DNA from: a virus
Lineage: Duplodnaviria > Caudoviricetes
Virus record (IMG/VR): IMGVR_UViG_3300027607_000106
Location: 1-56,094 of that record
Strand: one strand, 5' to 3'
Length of the DNA stretch: 56,094 nucleotides
The position numbers and the translations under genes are program-made. Every line of letters begins with the position of its first letter. Position 1 is the first letter of the stretch. The notes under the pieces were generated by a model. That model saw only the letters and a list, made by a program, of their open reading frames with translations. It searched no databases and had not been told where the DNA came from. Positions 38,677 to 45,903 of this stretch are shown in pieces.

Positions 38677-39236
38677 TCTGCGGCCTCCAAAGCCTGCATC
38701 CATTCGGGATACGCGATGCGGCAATGGTGCTCGCAATAGGGAACGCCCTCACCTGACCGGCGGCCGCAGAAATGAAAACCCGGCAGCCCGGGATCGCCGA
38801 TCGGCCATTTGCAGGTGGTCTCGTCGAGCTCGAGAACGGACAGCCGCTTAACCGGCTCCGGCGGGTCAGCAGGATCCGGCGGAAGATGGAACGGCGCGTC
38901 GTCGAGCGGCGGCGCGTCGGGAGGGCGGGCAGCGACGGCGGCGATCGAGACCGTCTTTGATGCCGGGCCGCACGAGCCAAGCGAATCCCTGTTCGGGACC
39001 GATACGGCCTGCGGCGTGATGGCAGGTGGTTTCTTGGCGCGCGCGCGCCGGGGCGTGCGCGATTTGGTCGACCGGCGGAAGCCCAGATTCGTATGTCTGA
39101 CCAGCTTGAGCCGCGTCGCCTTCCCGATGACAGCGTTCCGCGTGACACCGCCGAGTTCCTTCGCGATCTGGCTGGCGCTATGGCCCTCACACCACAGCTT
39201 CTTGAGCAACTCAACCCGTTCGTCGGTCCAGGTCAT
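38673..39236 (-). CDS. gcrA: GcrA-family cell-cycle regulator
   Basis: MTWTDERVELLKKLW.EG.SASQIA.ELGGVTRNAVIGK..RL and TCKWPIGDP...FHFCG...PYCEHH. Confidence 0.92.
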   Translation of the reverse strand: MTWTDERVELLKKLWCEGHSASQIAKELGGVTRNAVIGKATRLKLVRHTNLGFRRSTKSRTPRRARAKKPPAITPQAVSVPNRDSLGSCGPASKTVSIAAVAARPPDAPPLDDAPFHLPPDPADPPEPVKRLSVLELDETTCKWPIGDPGLPGFHFCGRRSGEGVPYCEHHCRIAYPEWMQALEAAE

Positions 39237-39796
39237 GCGGCAGCCACCCCAGTCAATTCGGAGGCCGAAGGCAGCCGCCCGCGAATGGCCGCGATTGCAT
39301 CCGGCCCCATTGAGTAACCGCGACCCCAGACGGTATCGATCTCAATCCCAAACGGACTGAGCTTCTTGCGCGCTTTGCAGACGAAGACATCGACGATCTT
39401 TGGATTGCTGGCTGGGAGACCGTGATCCGCGATAGCAGTATGCAGTGTCGCCTTGCCGACGACGTTGCCGTGCCGCATCAGTGCTGCCACCAAGCGGCTT
39501 TCGGACTTTGTTAGTTGGAAGGCTCCCATCAGTTCATCACAGATGCCGTCAACATCGGTGGGCCTTGATGGCTTCCCTGTCGGCAAGCGGTCTTCGCGGC
39601 GCGCACCTATCGGCCAATCCACAGCGGGAACGCTGATAAGATGACCGGCATCGCGAGCGTTACTCACGACATCCTGAACATCGTCAAACGGCCGTCGTAG
39701 GATCCGGCAGATTGCGCGTATCGGAATACCCTCATCGGCTGCTCGGATGACAACGTGGTTGCTGACGGGGGCCCGGTAGTCTGAATTGGTTGTCAT
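39233..39796 (-). CDS. Winged-helix protein with CtrA-like DNA-binding domain, no receiver domain
   Basis: KIVDVFVCKARKKL...IDTVWGRGY closely resembles the CtrA C-terminus. Confidence 0.75.
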   Translation of the reverse strand: MTTNSDYRAPVSNHVVIRAADEGIPIRAICRILRRPFDDVQDVVSNARDAGHLISVPAVDWPIGARREDRLPTGKPSRPTDVDGICDELMGAFQLTKSESRLVAALMRHGNVVGKATLHTAIADHGLPASNPKIVDVFVCKARKKLSPFGIEIDTVWGRGYSMGPDAIAAIRGRLPSASELTGVAAA

Positions 39797-39927
39797 GACG
39801 CCACGCTCCCCTCGATAAGCACCAGCCACCAAATGAAAAGAAATGCGCCTAAGCACGCAGTGCCCCACAAACAGATCGACCAGAAGCGGCGGCGGTCGTC
39901 GGATGGCCAGAGATCGCGATCACGCAT
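39793..39927 (-). CDS. Small single-TM protein
   Basis: FWSICLWGTACLGAFLFIWWLVL; coupled to neighbours. Confidence 0.5.
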   Translation of the reverse strand: MRDRDLWPSDDRRRFWSICLWGTACLGAFLFIWWLVLIEGSVAS

Positions 39928-40558
39928 CGCCGTACTCCGCTGCTTCAGAGAAAAGGTTCGGCCCGTGTCTGCGCAGCGCGCCGGCGGGCAGGTTTCCGCC
40001 TTGGGCGGCAAGCCAGATGGCTACGCCGAGGCTGTCTGCCGCGTCATGATTGGGGACCGCAAAGCCGTAGCGGAGCGCGAGGTCGCCGGCGTGCTTCCGC
40101 ATCTCCGCCTTGAACCAGTTCTCTTCCGTGCCCTTTGGCCGGCGCCCTCTTCCTAGAACCGCTTTCCGCCAAGTAGCCGACGGAACGGACACCGGGCGTG
40201 CTCCGAAGGCTATCAAGATCGCGCGGGCGGACGCGTACATGCGGTTCTGCATGACGAACGTTTTGGGGTTGCCATCAAGGACCTTGCGCTTGCGTCCGTT
40301 CCTATCGACGATCTCCTTCATGGGCACCGTCTCCATCGGCCGTTCGATCGCCGATCGGCTCACCCGCCGCCCGCGCGCCTTGCAGTCCCGCAGGAAGCCC
40401 CGCAGATGCTCTGCCAGCAGGTCGGCCTTCTCGTCGGCGCCCTGTCCTTCAAACGACCACGACCCGCATTCAATCTCCGGCGCGATCAAGGACGCACCGT
40501 CGGTCCACAGGGTGAAGCCTGAGCGTGACGCAAGATCTAAAGCTAGGAGGGTCCGCAT
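39920..40558 (-). CDS. RuvC-like Holliday junction resolvase
   Basis: LALDLASRSG, AIERP, WRKAVLG.G and NHDAADSLG motifs. Confidence 0.75.
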   Translation of the reverse strand: MRTLLALDLASRSGFTLWTDGASLIAPEIECGSWSFEGQGADEKADLLAEHLRGFLRDCKARGRRVSRSAIERPMETVPMKEIVDRNGRKRKVLDGNPKTFVMQNRMYASARAILIAFGARPVSVPSATWRKAVLGRGRRPKGTEENWFKAEMRKHAGDLALRYGFAVPNHDAADSLGVAIWLAAQGGNLPAGALRRHGPNLFSEAAEYGDA

Positions 40559-40576
40559 CTGAACGAGGTCCGGGCT

Positions 40577-41248
40577 TCAGTGCTTCGTCTGCTCGTCTTG
40601 CTTGAAGCGCGGGCGGAGGTCCTCGTCGTCGCCCTCGCCATCGAACGGGTCTTCGCCGCCGTCCTCCTCGGCATCAGCCTGCGCATCCGCCTTCTTGATC
40701 AGCTCAGCCTTCTTGGCTTCCGCTTTGTTGGCGTTGTTCTTTTCGAGGGCGGACTGAAGGTCCTTCAGACGGCTTTCCTGCGCCTCATCCCAACCGGATT
40801 CGAACATCTCCGCTTCGGTCGACCCGGTGGTGTATTCGTGACTGTCGCGGTCCTTGGCCAGAAGCCCGGCCGTGACGCCTTCCTGGCGGATGCGCTCAAG
40901 ACCGTCGTCGAAGTCTTCGAACAGATCGGACTGCTTGGCGAGCGCGAACCATTCCGCGATAAGCGCCATTCGCTTGAGTTCGTCCGGGACGATTGACGGA
41001 TCCTCGAGCGTCGCGCAGCGCAGAGCGAAGTCGAGGTCCGCGAGCGTCAAACCATCCGCCTTGGCCGTCTTCCGCAAGCGCTTGTATTCTTCCTTCGCCG
41101 CGTTCACGACCGCCAACTGGTCGTTGATCTTGTTGAAGTGGTGGAAGAACAGCTGCTTCTTTTCCGCCTCGGTCATCTCCGTCTTGCCGGAATTGTGACC
41201 GGCCTCGGCGGGCGCGGATGACGCGGATTCCTGACCTGTGGCCTGCAT
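40577..41248 (-). CDS. Hypothetical protein, possibly GapR/DUF2312-related
   Basis: GHNS, EEYKRLRKTAKADG...D.ALR and an acidic tail. Confidence 0.5.
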   Translation of the reverse strand: MQATGQESASSAPAEAGHNSGKTEMTEAEKKQLFFHHFNKINDQLAVVNAAKEEYKRLRKTAKADGLTLADLDFALRCATLEDPSIVPDELKRMALIAEWFALAKQSDLFEDFDDGLERIRQEGVTAGLLAKDRDSHEYTTGSTEAEMFESGWDEAQESRLKDLQSALEKNNANKAEAKKAELIKKADAQADAEEDGGEDPFDGEGDDEDLRPRFKQDEQTKH

Positions 41249-41258
41249 GGCGGTTCTC

Positions 41259-41555
41259 CTACTTGTATCGTGATGCGCGCCGGCGGCGATCGACGCTATG
41301 GCGGTACTTTTCTGGCCGCTCTTCGCTCACCTTGTTCATTGCCGCGGCTCTTCGAGCGCGCTTCTTGTCGCCTCTCGTCCGGCCCTGGGCATCGGTGGCA
41401 ACCGACTTCTTCGGCTGTCGAAACCCCGCCGGGTTCAGAGACGCGAAGAAGTTCAACCGCCGCTCGTTCGCAGCCTCATCGCCCAGGCGGTTGCCGAGCG
41501 TGTGTTCGCTCGCCTGTTCGCGGGCGACATGTTCGGAAAAGATGCGCTTCAACAC
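41259..41555 (-). CDS. Hypothetical basic protein
   Basis: AGGAGG upstream of GTG; fills the operon gap. Confidence 0.45.
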   Translation of the reverse strand: MLKRIFSEHVAREQASEHTLGNRLGDEAANERRLNFFASLNPAGFRQPKKSVATDAQGRTRGDKKRARRAAAMNKVSEERPEKYRHSVDRRRRASRYK

Positions 41556-41573
41556 GGCCGCATGCCTCCTGTC

Positions 41574-42086
41574 CTACGGGTTGGCGTCGCGCGCTTCGAT
41601 CTCTGTGAACGCGTGATGGATCTCGCTCGCGATCGCGATCAGATCGCGGAACTCTTCCTTCAGCCTGAGCTCGCGGACTTCTTCGGGCGTGATCTTGCCG
41701 TCACGCGCGGCCGTGGCGAGCGCAGACAGCGCTTCACTGCTTTCCTTCGCCGTCGCGACAATGCGCTCGGTCCAAGCTGGGTCGCCAGTGCCCGCAGGCG
41801 CCATCGGCAACAGCACGTAGCCGGCCAGCGTCGCCAACTCGCGCGTCACGATCGGCGCGCCTGCATCGGCCTCGAGATCGGCGATCACATCGACGGGGAT
41901 GAAGTTCGGATCGTCAGCCTTGCCGTAGCGGCTCAGGCTCTGGAAGCTGGCACGGGTGACGGACGCCGCCGATTCCAGACCGCCCGATCGGGTGATCAGA
42001 CGCCGAACGGCAGCCTTCAATGTCAGATAAACAGAGGCGCCGTGCGGACGACCCAAGCAACCGGTTCCCGTCCCCTCGCCGCTCAT
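41574..42086 (-). CDS. CII-like phage regulatory protein
   Basis: LKAAVRRLI...GG.E.AA, FIPVDVIADLE...G.P.VT and DGKITPEE; downstream of cro. Confidence 0.7.
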   Translation of the reverse strand: MSGEGTGTGCLGRPHGASVYLTLKAAVRRLITRSGGLESAASVTRASFQSLSRYGKADDPNFIPVDVIADLEADAGAPIVTRELATLAGYVLLPMAPAGTGDPAWTERIVATAKESSEALSALATAARDGKITPEEVRELRLKEEFRDLIAIASEIHHAFTEIEARDANP

Positions 42087-42162
42087 GAGAAATTCCCCGC
42101 GGCTTTCTCGGTGACATTGCCAATGCCGTCTGCCAGCTTGCCGTCATGGCCGAGGGCAGAGG

Positions 42163-42191
42163 AAAAGGGGCCGGGGGCCGCAGCCCCCGGC
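42163..42191 (-). terminator. Putative tR-like terminator
   Basis: GCCGGGGGC-TGCG-GCCCCCGGC followed by CCCTTTT. Confidence 0.5.
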
Positions 42192-42408
42192 GAGTTGAGG
42201 GAGGAAACGTCCCAAGATATTGGGCAGGTCCGGGGCAAGGCCCGCCAGTCACAGGGTGTTGGTCCAGAGATGCATGGAGCCAACGAATGCCCGGAACCGC
42301 CGGGCCGGCTTTGCGCATTCGCGCAAAAGGGAAATCCCGGTCCGCCGTGGAGACCGGCGGCGACGGACCGGGATGCGGCGCGGTCAGGCTCATGGTGCGC
42401 GCCGAAAC

Positions 42409-42484
42409 TGGTAGCGGGGGGCGGACTCGAACCGCCGACCTCCTGGTTATGAGCCAGGTGAGCTACCGTCTGCTCTACCCCGCG
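42409..42484 (-). tRNA. tRNA-Met(CAT), initiator-type
   Basis: 76-nt cloverleaf CGCGGGG-TA-GAGC-AGACGGTA-GCTC-A-CCTGG-CTCATAA-CCAGG-AGGTC-GGCGG-TTCGAGT-CCGCC-CCCCGCT-A-CCA. C1:U72 mismatch, A11:U24 pair and encoded CCA. Confidence 0.93.
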
Positions 42485-42660
42485 AGAAATGGCGGACGGG
42501 GATGCTGTCGCACCAGCAAACCCCGCTTGTTCCGGAAATTGGCCGCAAAGATGGGCGTCTTTCGACACAGCGGCGTTCGGCACTTCATCTCCGGCATTGG
42601 ACAACCCGCGGCCTGCTGGGCCGTTGAAAGGAGGCACCGCTGCAAACTTGACGGGCACCA

Positions 42661-42867
42661 TCACACCAGCCCCCGATCGATCGCGAGCCATTCGGGCATG
42701 GTGATGACGGCGCAATCCCCCGCATCGATCGAAACGTCGATCTGCGATAGTGGAAGCCAAACCGCGCTGTCCGCATCGCCGTCATCCGAAACGAAGATCG
42801 CCCGATCGCACCGGTCGTGGACCAGCACATGGACATCAACCAGTTCGGACTGGCCGGCCTCGCTCAT
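42661..42867 (-). CDS. Small hypothetical phage protein
   Basis: AVWLPLSQI...ITMPEWLA..RGL; coupled to cro. Confidence 0.75.
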   Translation of the reverse strand: MSEAGQSELVDVHVLVHDRCDRAIFVSDDGDADSAVWLPLSQIDVSIDAGDCAVITMPEWLAIDRGLV

Positions 42868-43136
42868 TCCGCCGCCTCGACCGGTTGCGCGGGCGCGGCC
42901 TGTTGACCGTCGCCCGCGCCGGGTGCCGCCTGCGGGGCTGGATAGATATCGGGGCGGAGCTCGTGACGCGGCACGCCCGTGGCGGCTTCAATCGAGAGGA
43001 CGAACTGGGCCGAAACTCCCTTCTTCGACCTCGATAGCCAATACCAAACTTGAGATTGGGTGGTGCCGATCAACGTAGCGAGCGGCTTTTGACCGCCTGC
43101 CACTTCCACTGCTTTTTCGAGGGCCGAGATGCTCAT
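42864..43136 (-). CDS. cro: Cro-like repressor (YdaS family)
   Basis: AGGQKPLA..IGTTQSQVWYW...IEAATGVPRHELRPDIY; divergent from cI. Confidence 0.9.
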   Translation of the reverse strand: MSISALEKAVEVAGGQKPLATLIGTTQSQVWYWLSRSKKGVSAQFVLSIEAATGVPRHELRPDIYPAPQAAPGAGDGQQAAPAQPVEAAE

Positions 43137-43142
43137 ATGAAG

Positions 43143-43215
43143 AAAATCACTAATTTTTTGGTATTAGTCAACCAAAAAATCTGTACCTGCGGCGATACCT
43201 AATTATTGGTACTGT
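43143..43215. promoter_or_regulatory. OR switch: three 16-bp operators, PR and PRM
   Basis: CACT-AATTTTTT-GGTA (43148), AACC-AAAAAATC-TGTA (43170) and TACC-TAATTATT-GGTA (43196). PR on minus strand TTGACT-17-GATTTT; PRM -10 TACTGT at 43210. Confidence 0.75.
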
Positions 43216-43222
43216 CCATCGC

Positions 43223-44011
43223 ATGTCGGTTTTGGGCAAAAGAATCGCAGATCGGCTGATCGATCTTGGTCATGGGAAGGGCGGTCAAACTTGGCTGGCC
43301 AATCAAGTCGGCATGCGGCAACAAGGGATCCAGGCAATAATCGCAGGTCGGTCCGAGCGGCCTCGAAAGCTCCGGGAAATAGCCGCAGCGCTTGACACCA
43401 CTCAGGATTATCTCCTTGGCGACACGGATGACCCAGCGCTTCCTCACGAACGAACCCATGGCCCCAATCCGGAGGACGAAACGGCCGGGTTCCGAGAGCC
43501 CGATAGCGACTTTGGCTACGATGCTTACAAACGAGAATCCTATCAGCCGAAAATACCTGGCGCCCTCCCCGAGCTGGACGCGGTACCCGGAGCTGGTGAG
43601 GACGCGGTAGGCGATTTCGTCGCCATACAGGTTGGAGGCGAAACCGGGATCGGTCACGCGGTCACGGCCGAATGGTACTTTCCGCCCGAATACCTTCGGA
43701 GCGAGGCCAAGGTCGCGCCGAACCACACGATCGTGATGCCAGTCGTCGGCGACAGCATGATCCCGACCTATCAGCCAGGCGACCGGGTGCTCGTCGATCT
43801 AACGCAGAACGAATTGGTCGCGGACTCCACCGTCTACGTCATCTCCGATGGCCAAAGCCCGCCGCAGATCAACCGGTTGACCCGTATCCTTTTCAGCGAC
43901 CCGCCGGAAGTGGACATCATTTCGGACAACGTCGATCAGGCGAAACAGCGCGTTGAGCTTGATCGGTTGGTGATCATCGGCCGCGTGTGCGGCCTGGTGG
44001 CGAGACGGTGA
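43223..44011 (+). CDS. cI: CI-like repressor (XRE HTH + S24 domain)
   Basis: QTWLANQVGMRQQGIQAI HTH, Ala-Gly site in PGAGE, VVGDSM and IIGRV. Confidence 0.92.
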   Translation: MSVLGKRIADRLIDLGHGKGGQTWLANQVGMRQQGIQAIIAGRSERPRKLREIAAALDTTQDYLLGDTDDPALPHERTHGPNPEDETAGFREPDSDFGYDAYKRESYQPKIPGALPELDAVPGAGEDAVGDFVAIQVGGETGIGHAVTAEWYFPPEYLRSEAKVAPNHTIVMPVVGDSMIPTYQPGDRVLVDLTQNELVADSTVYVISDGQSPPQINRLTRILFSDPPEVDIISDNVDQAKQRVELDRLVIIGRVCGLVARR

Positions 44012-44054
44012 AATCGCCTGTCGCCATTTGATTGTTTCTATAAGCGAGCTTGCT

Positions 44055-44360
44055 ATGCCGGAAAGCAACACAGATGCTAAACGGAAACTGACAAAGCTGA
44101 CAGAAAATCAGCTTAACGCGTTTTTTGCTGCAAAAGCCCCACTTAAGAACTGCCCTTCATGCGGCGAGTTTAAATACACAATTCAGACAGAATGGAAAGA
44201 TGGGCAAACACCAGGAATATTCTTATACGATCCAGTGCTTGGCATGGTCAACTCTTCGATGTTTCCTGTAGTACTATTGATGTGCAATAACTGCGGTTAC
44301 ATCAGGAGTTATTCTCGATTTCTAATAGAGGATTGGGTTCGAGAAAACGATGTCAAATAA
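44055..44360 (+). CDS. Zn-ribbon hypothetical protein downstream of cI
   Basis: CPSC...CNNCGY; AT-rich. Confidence 0.7.
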   Translation: MPESNTDAKRKLTKLTENQLNAFFAAKAPLKNCPSCGEFKYTIQTEWKDGQTPGIFLYDPVLGMVNSSMFPVVLLMCNNCGYIRSYSRFLIEDWVRENDVK

Positions 44361-44679
44361 CCCCACAGTTTCTAGTGATTTGGAGGCAATCTCTCTGCAC
44401 CCAAAGCTAGAAAACAGAATTTATGACGCAATAGACGCCGCCGCTGCGGCACACTTGAATCGATCTAGCGGCGACGGTACATCTGGAGGCATGGAAGCGC
44501 GTGTTGCTCGTTTGGAATCCGATGTAGCGCACATCCGAACCGATATAACGGATGTAAAGGCAGACTTGCGCGATCTGAGGAAAGATGGCCAGCGCGATTT
44601 TCGCATCCTGTTCGGCGCAGTAATTGTTGCAACGCTCGGTTTGGCCGGGCTTATGGCACGTGGCTTCGGCTGGATTTAA
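44350..44679 (+). CDS. Coiled-coil protein with C-terminal TM anchor
   Basis: MEARVARLESDVAHIRTDITDVKADLRDLR followed by a hydrophobic C-terminus. Confidence 0.75.
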   Translation: MSNNPTVSSDLEAISLHPKLENRIYDAIDAAAAAHLNRSSGDGTSGGMEARVARLESDVAHIRTDITDVKADLRDLRKDGQRDFRILFGAVIVATLGLAGLMARGFGWI

Positions 44680-44683
44680 CCCC

Positions 44684-44708
44684 TGCCCCGTTTGCGGATT
44701 GCGAAGGC
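44684..44708 (+). terminator. Terminator of the cI operon
   Basis: AAGGCCCCGC-TCCG-GCGGGGCTTTT. True position is about 44704-44728, just past the 44679 stop. Confidence 0.5.
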
Positions 44709-44856
44709 CCCGCTCCGGCGGGGCTTTTCAATTCCCACGCCACAACGCCGGCGGCAAAGTCGACTTTCACTCTCAGATATGCCAAGCTACTGATCGGAAA
44801 AAAGAAAAGTCGGCTTGAAGTACGCATAGCCAACTTTTTCACATGTGAGGCTGTGC

Positions 44857-45165
44857 ATGAATTTGTCCGCGAACCTGGAGGCCGGATGCGGCGAGGAGAC
44901 AACGTCACGGGTGCCGTGGCTGGACCTCTCTCCATATCGTGTGAGAATTGATACTGGAGTTCTGGCACCGCGGCTCATGCGCGGCTCTATCGTCTTGGTG
45001 GATCCCCTCGCCGCAGTTCGGCCTGGCGATACTGTTTTTGCCGTAATCGGCAGCTGCGACGGCAATCTCGAAACCCATTTCTTCGAATGGTTCAATGGAG
45101 CGCTCGACGAGTTCGATATCGTTCGAGCGGTCCACAAGGTCGTCAGGGTGGAGCCGCCAGCCTGA
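44857..45165 (+). CDS. Stand-alone degenerate S24/LexA-like C-terminal domain, copy 2
   Basis: 38/71 ungapped identities to 28312-28620 by hand count; GAGG RBS before ATG 44857. Confidence 0.7.
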   Translation: MNLSANLEAGCGEETTSRVPWLDLSPYRVRIDTGVLAPRLMRGSIVLVDPLAAVRPGDTVFAVIGSCDGNLETHFFEWFNGALDEFDIVRAVHKVVRVEPPA

Positions 45166-45205
45166 GAGCGCGGTGACCCGCCCTACAAATTCGTAAGCCA
45201 CTAAC

Positions 45206-45248
45206 TACCAATTTTTTTGTTGACTGACTACCAATTTATTTGTAGTTT
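45206..45248 (+). promoter_or_regulatory. PL promoter with two OL operators
   Basis: TACC-AATTTTTT-TGTT (45206) and TACC-AATTTATT-TGTA (45229); TTGACT-17-TAGTTT. Confidence 0.8.
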
Positions 45249-45280
45249 CCGCCCATCGTCACTGATGATGGAGCCGCCCG

Positions 45281-45673
45281 ATGTCATCCCTTTCCGACCG
45301 GACCTTCTATTTCGTCCTCGCCCGCACCAATGGGCGGAACAGCGTGGAGTTTTCGCGCGAACTGGATGAGCCGACGGATCGCGCGGCGACGTTCGATCTG
45401 GTCAAGGAAATGGCCAATGACGGCTACGAGATCATCACCATTTCCGCCTTCAACCCGCATGAGGGCCACGCGCAGGACATCACCGAGGACTTTGCCCGCG
45501 AGTGGCTGGCCGAACTGACCGCCGAGGGTCACCGGTTCGATCTCGAGTTCCCGCCGTTCATCGAAAGCGCGATCGGCCTTGGCGATGCCGAGCAGATCCG
45601 CCGCGAGTGCGAAGCCAGCGCCGAGGAAGATCGCCGGGAGACGGCCCTCATGGTCGGAGGGGTCGCGGCATGA
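45281..45673 (+). CDS. Hypothetical protein, first gene of the early-left operon
   Basis: GGAG RBS, directly after PL. Confidence 0.7.
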   Translation: MSSLSDRTFYFVLARTNGRNSVEFSRELDEPTDRAATFDLVKEMANDGYEIITISAFNPHEGHAQDITEDFAREWLAELTAEGHRFDLEFPPFIESAIGLGDAEQIRRECEASAEEDRRETALMVGGVAA

Positions 45674-45903
45674 TGGCGACCCGAGACCGGAAAATCGCGT
45701 TCATCGAAGACGCCGGCTACGGCGCCCTGGAGAGGGCCGTTGTGTCCGCCCTGCGGCGCAATGGAGCCGATTGGCTGACCGATGAGCAGGTGTCCGAGTT
45801 GGCGTCGCGCGAGGTAGCAGACGCACGGTTCCGCCAGCACCTCAATATGCGCAACCGCGCGGCCACGGGCGCCAACGCGCCGGCTGATGGGGTGGCGGCA
45901 TGA
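45670..45903 (+). CDS. Hypothetical protein
   Basis: GCATGA-coupled. Confidence 0.6.
   Translation: MMATRDRKIAFIEDAGYGALERAVVSALRRNGADWLTDEQVSELASREVADARFRQHLNMRNRAATGANAPADGVAA

Noticed and set aside
42409-42484. tRNA as the prophage attachment site
   Set aside because: It is internal to the cro operon, far from the integrase, and I found no duplicate 3' fragment in the window.
41914-43078. ORFs 41914-42393, 42083-42760 and 42146-43078
   Set aside because: They run through the tRNA and hairpin array and have low-complexity, non-protein-like composition.
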